A stretch of 55,613 nt of DNA, filler included, from Catajapyx aquilonaris (lineage: Eukaryota), in the NCBI GenBank assembly GCA_000934665.2. It is 2 parts of 2 records of this genome, joined end to end, with 100 filler letters (N's around TTAATTAATTAA, not from the genome) between each part and the next. Parts side by side here need not be neighbours in the genome. Positions count along the whole stretch, not along the records: positions 1 to 27,760 come from JYFJ02005003.1; positions 27,861 to 55,613 come from JYFJ02005004.1. One strand, 5' to 3'. The first letter of the stretch is position 1. Every line of letters starts with the position of its first letter. The notes beneath the pieces are model-generated. The model was not told where the DNA came from and searched no databases. It worked only from the letters and a program-made list of their open reading frames with translations. Positions 23,430 to 35,800 of this stretch are shown here, piece after piece. The position numbers and the translations under genes were made by a program.

Positions 23430-26400
23430 ATGGCGAACGAAAATGATACATACGCTCCTGGTGATCTTGTATTTGCCAAAGTCCGGGGATATCCTGCGTG
23501 GCCAGCTAAGGTACTTTGTTTTTCATTGAAATTTGGCTTTAAGAATTATATATGACTCCAATATATGTGTGAATTGTTTTTATACACATATAGGTGATTA
23601 GTACTACGTACAAAAAGGGAAAGGTGTCTGAGAAGTACTACAACGTGGTCTTTTACAAGACTTATGAGAGGTAAAGGCTGGTCCTATTATTATCTGCATG
23701 TGATGTGGGGTTAAACCGAAGATTCTGGATTGAAGAATTGTCCAGAATATAGCATAAACCCTAAAGAAAAGTAGAGAAAAGCCGACAATTCTTTCTCGAG
23801 TCAAATAGAATTGTGCGTATTTCTCCTACAATGATTATATGAAATTTGCTCATGCAGTCTTTGCATTTTAAAATTCCAACCTTCGATTTCTCTGCAGTGG
23901 TGCATGCAAAGCTGATGCTCTTTTCCCGTATCGGACTTCTAAGGACAAGCTGGGTATCCCACAGAAACGGAAACATTTTAATGATGCTCTTGAAGAGATT
24001 GAAAACTTTCCAGACATTATTGGACCTGATGGAAAGGTAAAAAAATATTTTCTGCCCTATTCTGAGCCATGTTTTAATATATGTTTTCTCTGACAGCTGA
24101 ACAAAAAATTGACGAAGCAGAAATACGGCGAATCTGATGATGAGGATTCAAAGGAGGACACAAAGGAAGAAATTGAGGATGATTCAGAAGGAGAGTTGAC
24201 CATCGATGAAGACCCTAAGCCGGAAGCTAAGAGTGGCCCAGGACGTAAGAGGAGAAAGACTTCTCCTGACACTGAGGTAAAGGCATGTTCCCACTCTTAA
24301 CCGGCAACTCTTTCTCTCTGCCTGGGCAAGGCATATCCCTTCTCTCTTCTTTGCCACCACTCCTCACCACACCAACCCGAACTCCCCCTTTAACCCCATC
24401 ACCTCCAGCCAGCTATAGTCTCACTATTTTGAGAAAGGGGCATCACTTGTCATGACGTTTCAGCAGAGGCAGGATCAGATGCAGCGCATATTCAGTGTAA
24501 CCTCGCAACTTACATATCCTTCTCAAAAGTATAAGAGCTCACAATATCATTCCTGTACAAAACTATGGCAATATTACCAAGGGAGGAATGTGAAGTGAAT
24601 GTGGCTCCACGTTTTCCCGCATGAATAAGCCTTTCGTAGGGAGGGAGAGGAGGGGTGTGTAGGTCGATGACGCTGTCTCTTTCTCAAAATAGTTAGACTA
24701 GAGCATCTAGGCAATGAGAACTCAACCACAGAGTAGGGTAAACCATACAGTGATGGTCAGTTTAGTGTATTGGTCTCAGTAATACATGAATATTCTCACC
24801 TTTTCTTTTAAGGAGGTGTTCTAAAATATTTTTCTAATGACTGAGGTTGTCCCCATTCACATTGCATCAATTCACGCAAATCTATCAGAATGTGTATATA
24901 CAGGGTGTTCCAAAAAGGTGTTCCCAGTAAAGAACCGATGCAGTTGCAGAAGTATTCCATATATTTTATTCAATTTTTCCGGGAAGGTGGCACATATGAT
25001 AAAGTTTTTGTACAAAAATTCACACCGCACGCTGCGCCACTCCGTTTCCCCACATACTTCCATAGGCTACATGAGGACCTTGGGGGAAGAACTGTCAAAG
25101 TCCACTTTTTGTCAAAAATGAGTTACATATCTCATAAGATACTTTCACTAGCATAGAATATGGTGGTTTGGTCGTGGTTGTGGAATAATGATCATAGGTC
25201 ACTATGGAAAGCCCCGAAAGTGGGATTTACAATAACCTTATGGGCCTTTGAAATTTAAAATTGGCATGTCAGTTTCACCTGGCCTTGATCGTTCTTCCCC
25301 CGAGGTCTTCTTATGGCCTTTGTATTCGGCTATAACATACTGATTTCCGTGGTCCCTTGAAGTCTGTTATATCCTGATTCAACTGTACCTGCTGTCCAAC
25401 AAGAATTGTCGCAGCGGCAGCGCACGAACTACAGTCTCTTGTGTCCCTGTGCTCGTAGATTGTAGTTCGTGCGCTGCCACTGCGACAATTCTTGTTGGAC
25501 TGATAGTACATTGATTAAAGCTATGAGGACATTCATAATAACATCAGTATGTGACATACATGATGTAAGTTGCTTACTTATAAATAGGATTTAAAACACT
25601 TAAAAACATCTGTCTTTCCCTGCAGTATGTCTGCTTTTGTCCACTGTAAGACAACAAATGGGGGAAGTGGGGAGGGAGGAGGATAAAGTGAAAGCAGGGA
25701 GAATCATCAGATTGCCTCGTATGATCACCAAGATGTTTTGAAGGACATGGGCAGGGGATGAATGGGTGGAAATTTTAAAGGGACACTCCACTCAAAATAC
25801 AAGTTGGGCTCTAAAAATCGGGGGAAAAATCCTGACTCCGAGGGTATAAGCAGTTTTTCTGAGAACGAACGGTACGGCCAGGGCGAAGGCTGGAAGTGTG
25901 TCGTTCGAAAACTGCGCTCAAACGGCTCGGCGCAGGTGGCGACGCCACCCTCTGAGGGTAGGTGAGGGCAGAACTAGAGAGCGGTAGGCGCGGATTTGAA
26001 ACGGACCGTGCTCTACCTTTCCACCGACCCAGAAGATTAGTGGTGATGTCATCCTCGCACGGAAGTGTGACTTTGGCCCACGTGAGTGGTTGAGGAGTGC
26101 AAAGTGAAACCAGATGGGACACCAACATATCTGTTTATAGTCCGCATATCCAAATAACAATGAGCCTGCCTGACAGGCGACAGAACATGACGCATCTGTC
26201 CTCGTCGTCCCCATCGCTCTCATCGACCTCGTCATAATCATCGTTCGAAGTACGGCATGTACGGGTGCCGCCCAACGAACTCATCATCGCCGACATCAGT
26301 ATGTTGGTCATCCGCACTAGCACAAGCAGTGCCTCCAACTGATAGGGTAGGAGGCCATGCGCAGTGGATTGGGGGCCGCCTGGTCAGGAGGGACCATGTC

Positions 26401-27760
26401 CAACCTGGGCACCCTCCATCGCAGCAGCAGAGCCAAGAGCCGCACTCATTTCCATTACATTCCGTCCCGGAACAGAATCACTGGGCGGCGCCATCGTAGA
26501 ATAACCGCGACGCGTTTCAGAATAGCAGCTAATATGTGTTAGGGCCCAAAGATGGCTCTATTTCAATGACTAATTCCCATATGAAGCACTATTGGTGTCT
26601 GCCAGGCTACAACATTAGTCATTTGGTTGTTAGACAACTAGGTGTAGCATGCATTGGCCTAGGCGAGAGACTTGTCATTAGCAGTTAGTTGTAGCTGCTA
26701 GTAGTGCTAGAAAATAGCTACTGATGTGTGGTTCTCCGTCTGGCCGCCACGAGGGGTTCGCGTTCCTGCCAGGCGTCTCCACTCGCTGGCGGGAGACTAT
26801 TATTTTACGAATCTGACCTCTCGCCCTGGGCTTACCGTTCGTCTCCCAGAAAAATTGCTTATACCCTCGGAATCAGGATTCCTTGCCCGATTTTTAGAAC
26901 ACAACTTGTATTTTGAGTGGAGTGTCCCTTTAACATGGAGATGGTTCAAAGTATTATTGCCAATATCTCAACACACTCAGATTCCGGTACTTACCTGCGA
27001 CTGTGTGTGAAGATCCATGTCAGTTCTTTTTTTACTCATGCAGTCAGAATTTTGAACCATTCAGATATTGTGTTATGAGTAATAATTGAGGAAAGGGCCT
27101 AGCCCGCATCTCTGCAACACTATACTGTTCTGTCTTTTTTTTTTCTTCTTTCTTTCTTTCTTTCTTTACACTTCATCTTTCTTTCTTTACACTTCATCTT
27201 TCTTTCTTTTTTCTTCATTTTTTTTTGTGTTTCTGGACAAGGTCATTATAACGCACTCCAAAATGAGTGTTACAACCCAAAACGTCACAAATGTACAGAG
27301 TGCTCTCCCCTGCAGAAGGGCCCACAAAGCCTTGCAGGTTAATAAAACGTATTATTATTGTATTATTATTATTATAAGATCCATGTCAGTTGCAAAAGTG
27401 GAGATTACGACAAACTTTACAACCTGGCTTACATTGCCTGCTTTATTGAACTGACCATGACCATCTTGGAAAGTTTAGTTTAGGCAATAGACCAGTATCT
27501 TTTGGAAAATACCGTTAAATAATTACTCCAATTGCAGCACCTGCCACCTAGGAAGAAACGGCCGGTCGGTCGTCCAAGTAAGGAAGCCAAGCTTCAAATG
27601 TTGAAGGAAGAAGCTTCTCTGGAGGTTAAAACAGCCAAGTTGAAGGAGATCAAGGGACCTTCCAATGTTGACGCAACACAAGATGCTGAGCGAGTCAGCC
27701 GGAGTGGGCGTAAGATAAAACCAAAGCGGTTTGCAGATGAATCGATTGGTTTGGGTCCCA
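23430..27760 (+). CDS. PWWP-domain, AT-hook chromatin protein (HDGF-related/LEDGF/JASPer-like), 3'-truncated by the spacer
   Basis: Exons 23430-23510, 23594-23670, 23898-24036, 24097-24276 and 27538->27760, phase-compatible. Contains YAPGDLVFAKVRGYPAWPAK...YNVVFY...LFPY...FNDALEEIE (HDGF-type PWWP), an acidic linker, NLS-like GRKRRK and AT-hook-like KRPVGRPSK. Confidence 0.9.
24416..24700. mobile_element. MITE in a PWWP-gene intron
   Basis: Inverted ends TAGTCTCACTATTTTGAGAAAG / CTTTCTCAAAATAGTTAGACTA. Confidence 0.65.
25384..25510. mobile_element. Small palindromic MITE (~125 bp)
   Basis: Near-perfect hairpin GTCCAACAAGAATTGTCGCAG...CTGCGACAATTCTTGTTGGAC; related copy at 3881. Confidence 0.78.
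25779..26929. mobile_element. Kolobok-like non-autonomous DNA transposon
   Basis: TTAA-AGGGACACTCCACTCAAAATACAAGTTG ... CAACTTGTATTTTGAGTGGAGTGTCCCT-TTAA; ~110-bp TIRs, AG..CT termini and a TTAA TSD. Confidence 0.8.
27026..27375 (+). mobile_element. Short retroposed insertion (LINE 3' end)
   Basis: Perfect 16-bp TSD AAGATCCATGTCAGTT (27010 and 27376); ends in a CCTGCA..TGCAGG stem, AATAAA and a (TAT)n tail. Confidence 0.75.
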
Positions 27761-27860
27761 NNNNNNNNNNNNNNNNNNNNNNNNNNNNNNNNNNNNNNNN
27801 NNNNTTAATTAATTAANNNNNNNNNNNNNNNNNNNNNNNNNNNNNNNNNNNNNNNNNNNN
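27761..27860. other. Artificial 100-nt contig spacer carrying a six-frame stop linker
   Basis: N44-TTAATTAATTAA-N44, exactly 100 nt; the 12-mer is palindromic and places TAA in all six frames. Confidence 0.95.
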
Positions 27861-28229
27861 CCCTCCCCTAGAGAGAACCCCTTTTCCCCATCCCGCTTAG
27901 AACAGGACGACCCGGCCTGAGAGAGAGAGACTCAGCCCCACACCACACTACCACACATCGCAAGAGAGAGGGAAGATACGGACCCGCAGGTAAAGGCAAG
28001 GCCTCCAACTGGTGTACCCTACTAGTGTACGGAACGTTCGAAAAAAAGGAGAGTGGAAAAGAGGTGTAAATGCGCAGAATTGATCCAGGCCTCGGACTAG
28101 GCCTTGCCCCGTTCTTATTTCGGGGGTCAAACGGGGACCACATTCGAACCATTGCAGAACAACAATCTGTACATGGCCCTGCCTGTAGTTGCAGACTGAC
28201 CTGTTCTTTCCGCCCATTTTGCAGACTGC

Positions 28230-30360
28230 ATGAAGATGAAGATCCCGACGAGCTCGACGGGTAATGGCTACTATGGGTACGAGTCCCTCATGCAGGAGAC
28301 GCTGGGTGAGCTGCACGACCAGCCCAATGGGACGCCAGAGGATTTGCAGAGTCCGTCGGGGGAGGACTTCTCCGAGTACATGTGGATGGAGCACGAGGAG
28401 GAGTTTGACAAGCAGGTCAGTAGTTCTCCCAAGGAGGGAAAAATACGCCTCAGCTGGCTCACCAACCAACGTTACTGTGGCTTCATGCAACATCCTCACC
28501 TATAGTTTGCATCATGCTCTAAAATCATATCAGAACAATTTTGTGTTGCGTTATTTGTAATTATAACAGGGGGAGGGGGGAATTGCCACTGATTGATAAT
28601 TGTCGCCAGTAATTAAAACGAGAATCAGCTGCGTAAAGTGGGAAATGGAACGTGAACTTTTCCAGATACCGTGTGCCCTTCTGTTTTATCAGCATGCTGA
28701 GATTTTGCTGCTCTTACGCTGCATGGCATTCTCTGCATTGGCCTTCTTACTCTGGCATTATTTTGAGTACGTTGTTAAACTCAGCGGCTGCGAAACAAAA
28801 GAGTAACAATTATTGTTACTAATTTGTTTCGCTGCCGCAGCCGCTAACAACGTCCTCTTTTATTGTTATGATTTTCTGGTTTTTTTTGTGAGGAATTGCG
28901 TTGGCAATACTTTGTTGACACTCGGTGCTTGGCAGGAAGAATGTTGGCATCTTTTTTTCTGCATTTGTTATGATTACCATGGTTTTTTTTTTGTTGTCAT
29001 TGTGCCTGCTTCACCTATTCGACATAGAGCAATTTGACAGTACGGGCTGTGAGTTGGTTCTACTGTGAAGGAAAACAAGAAGCATCGCATTAGACTTGAA
29101 TTTGTTACCAGACCAGGCAAGCCTATTGGGAATCTGTGACTTTGAATTGTTGGAACCCAACGTCCCAAATGACTAGGTTGTATGATGGATGGTAACTTCA
29201 GAACAAGTCTTGTTATTCATTATTTAATTCCATCAAAGTGCATGTAGTCATGTATCGCCAAGCAATACTGTCAGTACGCCAGGGCCCGCAGGATTGATGC
29301 CAATTCATTCAGAGCAAAGTGTAAGTTTTATCAACTGTGTTTAGGTTTTTAATGGCATGACGATGAGTGTGTGAAGTCAAATTGCAGCGGCAGTAATTAT
29401 TTATGGAATGATTTTCTGGTGTGCAGGTAATGCAGCAGTTGGAAGAGGAGGCCCTGATGCAGCAGTGTATGGAAGCCATGCTGGAGGAAGAACATGAAGG
29501 CAACGGTGGAGAAGCAGCGTGGGACCCTTCCTCCTCCAACTCCTCCAACTCAGAGGCACACCTCAGCCACAGTCTTCGGGGTCTCAAAGTTCATGACGAA
29601 CTTGCCACGCAGGTCAGTACCCCACTGGTGAATGCTGTGGCATCTGGTCTGTCGGTGCGTCTGGTGAAATAATGACAAAGGCAAAAGTCTGTGCAGATGT
29701 TAGATCAACAGCTGAAAATGTCACTGCCAGTGATTATAGAGATGGGTTGAATGATCAATTGAACCTGCGGAATACATGTGCCATTATTATCTGTGCAAAA
29801 CTTTGCAGAAGTGTAACTTCACAATCAGATGATCCTATATCAGACTGTCATGCAAAGATTACATTTCGAAATTTTAATCTTGGTGATAAGAAAGACTCGC
29901 AAGGAAATGGGGGTGGATTCATCAAATGACTTACGACGTTTGATGAATCCAACCCCTGATTGTGATGTCTAGTAGTACAGTAGTAGTACTTATCACTGGC
30001 TCAGATTTAAATTAATTAATCGAGTCAGTTTTATCCGGTTTTATCATTTGAGAGTAAAGAACATATGGCATGATTCACTGAGAAATGTTACAGACCAGAA
30101 AAAAAGTAACCGACTGATCATGCCAAAATTAGCAGTTAAAGTGCATGTGCCGTACCTTTTGACTGTTTTATCAGTGAGTGTCAACATGGTTTCTCTTTTG
30201 TCCACAGAGCTCCTTGAACCCGAACGCAGCAGAGTTTGTCCCCCGCGGGTTCAGAGCACCACCATCACAATCACCTCCCACCTCCGCCCCCTCCTCAAAC
30301 TCCCCCACCCAGCCACAATTGTCCCCACCGAACAATCACGTCCCTTCGCCTTCATCGTAG
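28230..30360 (+). CDS. Paip2: Polyadenylate-binding protein-interacting protein 2 (~174 aa)
   Basis: Exons 28230-28415, 29427-29612 and 30208-30360, all phase 0. Acidic PAM1 region FSEYMWMEHEEEFDKQVMQQLEEEALMQQC and PAM2 motif SSLNPNAAEFVP. A probable 5' UTR exon ends at ~27989. Confidence 0.95.
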
Positions 30361-32477
30361 AAGGCAGGGGGGAAGACGACAAGAATTAAATACAAAGTTT
30401 TCTCTCCACGCACTAAATGACCCTGCTTCACCCCCACCGTGTGTGGGGGAGGGGGAGATTACCTCGTTTTCTTTTTGTGGTCGTTTGACTCATACTTGTA
30501 CAGTTTTTTCCCCCCCCCTGGGGTTGTTATCCCCCCCCCAGTACTTAGGTCTTATCTACTGCCCCCCCTCCTTTCCCTCCCCGATTGTCTTCACTATACC
30601 TTTACCGGTACCAAAAAAAAAAAAGTAATGTTAGGATAGAATTTTATTCCCATTTTTCATAGCGGTTAGTGTTGCTCCCCGCCATTCTCTTGACTTTTTT
30701 TTCTCTCTCTCTCTCTCTCATTTGGATAGGTTTATTTTTGGGGGGTCCTGGGTTTAATGGCTGAGTGGCAATTTTTAAAAGTCTTGACATGTGGCCAGCA
30801 AATTCAACTGCGTGTAAAAATTTGACTCGTTTACCTACTTTGACTTTGCGCATGTTTACAAAAAAAAAAGGAGGGTGTTTCCGTCCACCTGCTTCTTCCG
30901 ACATGTAACGTGAAAATTGTCCCACTCGGCCACTACGCCCACGACCTGCACACACTCAAAAAAAAATTAATAAAGAGAGAATCTCTTACGTGTACAAAAG
31001 CATTTAGTGAATTCCTCTTTTTTTTGACTGGGTAGCTATTATTAGTTTGTCCTTGCTAATTTGCAATGTAGTATTAATTACTCTTTGGCATTGCTTGGAC
31101 AAACGAACTCTTTTAATTTGTTTCCCCCCTCAATACCCCCTTGCTACAAGAAACTGTTCTGTGATTAGAAAATGCATCACGACATACTGTAAACCTGCAT
31201 AATAATGTGTAAATTAGTGGATTACCCCTCCCTCCCCATTTGTTTTGAAGTTCCTCCTGGGTGCGGAACGGACAAAGACTTTTTGAATCATGGGACTTTT
31301 TTTTTTTTTTGGAAATGGAATTTTAAAAGCCACAGGTCGAAACAAATGGGAGAAGTGATTTTAAAGGAAATGGTTATAAGCCAAGGAGGAATATTTGTTA
31401 ACGGATTACTGGATGTAACAGAACTAGTGTCAGGATTTTTGATTCGCAGTAGGAAATGCAGATGATGCGTCTGGCATTTTTTTTTTGACTTTTAAAGACC
31501 AGCTGGATGGAGTAGTGACCCTATCGTTATTTCCACTTGTTATTTTTTTCTTTTAAAGCCAATTGTGCACTCCAGTTCTCCTTCATTCCTCATGAATGCA
31601 TCACATTAGCTGTACTTATGGGCACTCATTTTTCGTGCATTTTTTAATTCTTCATTTTTTTTTGTTGTTGTTGTGAAATATCCTCTCCCAACCCGCTCCC
31701 CCTTTGAGTTTGATTCACGAGTGACGAAAGGTTACACCTTCCCCCGTCAATTTTTGTACATATTACCCGTATGAAGCTTTTGTGGACAATAAAAAAAAAG
31801 TGTACACCTTGTAAAGTAAATTACAAGTTGTGTTGACAAGAGCGAAAAAAATCTTTTGAGAGTTTTTTGAGTGACGTCGCCTGTGTTGCCAAGTCCTGCG
31901 AAGTCGTGATCCCTAGTTTTAATTAATGCACGGAGAACGATCCCGGGTTGTGTGGGCACAGTTTATTCATATTGTTCTCGGGGGAATGTTTCCATGGCGT
32001 CAGATCGTTCTTTCATTTTCCCGTGAAGCTTCGTTATGCAAACAGCTACGTTTAACTTGTCTCGATGCGTATTCTCATGACTGTGTAGTGTGTACGCTGT
32101 ACGGGTTAGTGTCGACACCAATTATGTAAAAGGGGGGGCTTTATTTTTGGTACATATTGGCTGCGTCGTTTTGGTTGCGTAAAAGGTTGCTGGCACATTT
32201 TTTTTTTTGGAATGTTGGGAGGGACCATCTTCAGCAATATTTGGTTTTTAAAATTTTAAAAATGCATTTTTAAATATCAATCGTTGCCGCAGTGATTTGT
32301 GCGAATGCAGCTTTCTAATGATATTGGCGTACCGGTAGCTAATTAAAAGGGTTGGTAATCAGCTTTGTTGCTGTATAAATGACGATTAGACCACTGCCAG
32401 GCATTTCGTTAAATATATTTTTTTTCGTTTATGATAATATTAATCCCGATTTGAAACAACAACAGACAGAGTGTCAT

Positions 32478-32514
32478 TGCGCATGCGTATCAATCGGCAT
32501 GTTTGCGCATGCGC
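32478..32514. promoter_or_regulatory. Paired NRF1/Ewg-like GCGCATGCG motifs upstream of alpha-catenin
   Basis: TGCGCATGCGT at ~32478 and TGCGCATGCGC at ~32504, ~350 bp before the ATG. Confidence 0.4.
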
Positions 32515-32856
32515 TTGTGTCAGCGCGTGCAGTTGTAAATCCGCTGTTCCTTCGTCCAACAAACCGGTTCCCCCCGTTCCCCATGTCTAATCTGGTCAAA
32601 GGAATTTCAAGGCGTTGGCCTCAATTTGGACCGTGTGAGTCACTAGTGATAATCGAGTAGAACATTCCAGGAATTTTTGGTCGGAATCATTTTCCATCCG
32701 GGGCGAGTCACCCCCATCTAATGTGCTGCCCCTCCAGGTCTCTTAGTGTAGGGGTATTGCAGACGCTGAGAAGAAAGGAAGAGTCTAACAAGTGGGAGTG
32801 GCCGATTGATTAGTTTTGCACACCCCCACCCCGGTTGTTGGGAACGAGAAGGAATA

Positions 32857-35800
32857 ATGTTGGGTACAGAGCATTTTGGGCATGTGGCCCTCAAGTGGGA
32901 CCCTAAGAACCTGGAGATTAGGACCATGTCTGTGGAGAAGACCCTGGAGCCGCTAGTGCTGCAGGTAACGTACTAGACCGACACTTTATGGGATGTCACT
33001 AATGCGACACCCTCCCCCCGGCACAGGTGACAACCTTGGTCAACACTAAAGGACCGTCTAAGAAGAAGAAGGGTCGGTCCAAGCGGGCCCATGTTCTGGT
33101 GGCGGCTGTGGAAAAGGCGACGGAGAACTTCATGGAAAAGGGGGAGCAGATTGCCATGGAGAATCCGGATATCAAGGCGGAGATGCTGTCTGCCGTTGAG
33201 GAAGTGCGGAAGACGGGTGAGGCCATGAGCACAGCTGCGAGGGAGTTTGCGGATGATCCCTGCTCTTCGCTGAAGCGGGGGAATATGGTTCGTGCCGCCC
33301 GTAACCTGCTGTCTGCTGTTACCCGCCTGTTGGTTTTGGCCGACATGGTGGACGTCCATCTGCTGCTCAAGTCACTCCAGGTCAATATTGCTGCTTCCTA
33401 ATTAATACTCACATCATGCCCATTCACACTTAAAATACGAGGGGTTAGTCACTTTTGAAGTCCTTGTACACCGAGACTGAACTCCGGACAAAGTTTGTGA
33501 AGTCAAGTCAAAGTCTGTGAAGTTCGCACAAAGTTCACGAAGGCCATGAAGTCCGGTCGAAGGCCATGAAGTCCGGTCGAATGCCATGACGTCCGGTCGA
33601 ATGCCATGACGTCCGGTCGAAGGCCATGAAGTCCGTCGTACTCTGTAACATCGAGTGACTAACCCTCTCGTTAAAATCAGTTCAGGTAGTTCGAAAGGTT
33701 GCAATGAATCGTGGTAAGACTAGTGTAACGTTTCTGATGGTGCGGCTTATAGGTGGTGGAGGATGACCTGGAGAAGGTGAAGAATGCTTCCAGCCAGTCT
33801 GAGCTGATGGATAGTATCCGTATGTTTGGACGCAATGCTGCCGAACTGGTTTCTCAGGCGGCCAAGAGGCAGCAAGAACTGAAGGATCCGCAGCTTCGTG
33901 ATGATCTGGCTGCTGCTCGTGCAATACTGAAGCGCAATTCAACAATGCTTTTAATGGCGTCTAAGGCGTATGTGCGTCATCCGGAGCTTGCAGCTGCTAA
34001 GGCCAACAGAGATTTTGTGTTCAAGCAAGTGTGCCATGCCGTCAACACCATTTCTGACGTGGCACAGGGAAAGAGTGCTCCGACTCAGCATCCCTACGAT
34101 GGGCCTGGCGAGTTGGCTGCTGCTCTGGATGATTTTGATGTAAGGTTATTTGAGGGGAAGGTTGATTGTGGTTTTATATCCGGTTTTGATTCCACAGGAG
34201 CGTGTGGTGGTTGACCCGGCTGCATACAGTGAGGTTCGGACGCGTCCGTCCCTGGAGGAACGTCTTGAGAGCATTATCAGCGGCGCTGCCCTCATGGCTG
34301 ATTCCTCCTGCACCCGAGATGAGCACCGAGAAAGAATTGTTGCCGAGTGCAATGCTGTTCGCCAAGCTCTGCAGGACTTGCTGTCCGAGTACATGGCCAA
34401 TGTGAGTACACTCGCATTATTTCTCCTTCTTTTCCATGCTGCAGGATGTGTTAAAATTTATCTTCTCGCTATTGTCAGGTTGGCAAGAAGGAACGAAGCG
34501 AAGGGTTGGACCATGCTGTTGAGCACATGTGCCGCAAGACACGTGACCTGCGCCGCCAGTTGCGTAAGGCTGTGGTTGACCATGTGTCCGACTCCTTCCT
34601 GGAGACCAGTGTTCCTCTACTGGTCCTGGTGGAAGCTGCGAAGGCTGGGAACGAACGTGAGGTTGAGGAGTACGCGCAGGTGTTTGCAGAGCACGCTAAT
34701 AAGTTGGTGGAAGTTGCCAATCTGGCCTGCTCCATGTCTGGGAACGAAGATGGGGTGAAAATGGTGCGTTATGCTGCAGCACAGATTGAGAACCTGTGTC
34801 CCCAGGTTATTAACGCGGCAAGAGTTCTGGCTGCGAGGCCGAGATCAAAGGTTGCGCAGGATAACATGGATGTCTTCAAGGATGCATGGGAAGCGCAAGT
34901 GCGACTGCTCACGGAGGCTGTTGACGATATCACTACTGTAGATGACTTTTTGGCTGTATCAGGTATGCGTTTGGCTTAAATGGAAGCGATGAGCTGAACT
35001 AAATGCGACTGTTTTCTTCATCAGAGAATCATATCTTGGAAGATGTCAATAAGTGTGTGCTGGCCTTTCAAGAAGTGGAACCCGACGTCTTGGATCGGAC
35101 AGCGGGAGCCATACGTGGGCGATCCTCTCGAGTGTGCAATGTGGTCACTGCTGAGACAGATAACTACGAGCCAGGAGTGTACACAGAGCGAGTATTGGAG
35201 GCAGTGAAGGTGCTGCGAGAGCAAGTTATGCCCAATTTTGCCAGACGGGTGGAGATTGCTGTCAACGCTCTAAGCTCAAATCGTATGAAAGAGATAGACG
35301 AGAATGACTTCATCGATGCTTCTAGGCTGGTTTACGATGCTGTCAGGGAAATAAGGCGTGCTGTGCTCATGAACAGGGTAACGATCACGGAGTTTGTAAG
35401 CGTAAGTGCAGTGCTAATACAATTTCTCGTTGCAGACTGATGAAGAACTGGATCCCGAGGACGTTGAATTTGATGAGCACTACGCCACAGAGACAAGGAG
35501 CAAATGTGAGTGGTTTTGCTCTAAGTTGCACTTAATTTAGTGTTTATTTTTCAACAGAGTGATAACCCCAATATAATAAGTAATCAGACCGTGAAAAGAT
35601 GAATGCAAGTGATGTTCGCTCAGGAGGTAAACCCCTCAATTGGTTTTGTAGGGCATGAAAGCCTGATGGCTAGTTGGATGCTCTTCTTTGATTGGCTGTT
35701 GGGCAGTGGTCCAGTGCTCTCCATAGACTCGTCAGGCATTCAGTTAGCTCATTATTTATAATGTAATAGTGAAGCACTGACGGGAAAATTTGCCATTCGA

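Noticed and set aside
27805..27816. TTAATTAATTAA as a biological palindrome or the stop of the PWWP gene
   Set aside because: It is centred in an N-linker and is an assembly artefact.
33541..33638. Regularly spaced 20-bp repeats as a CRISPR or iteron array
   Set aside because: Head-to-tail copies without spacers, inside an intronic MITE.
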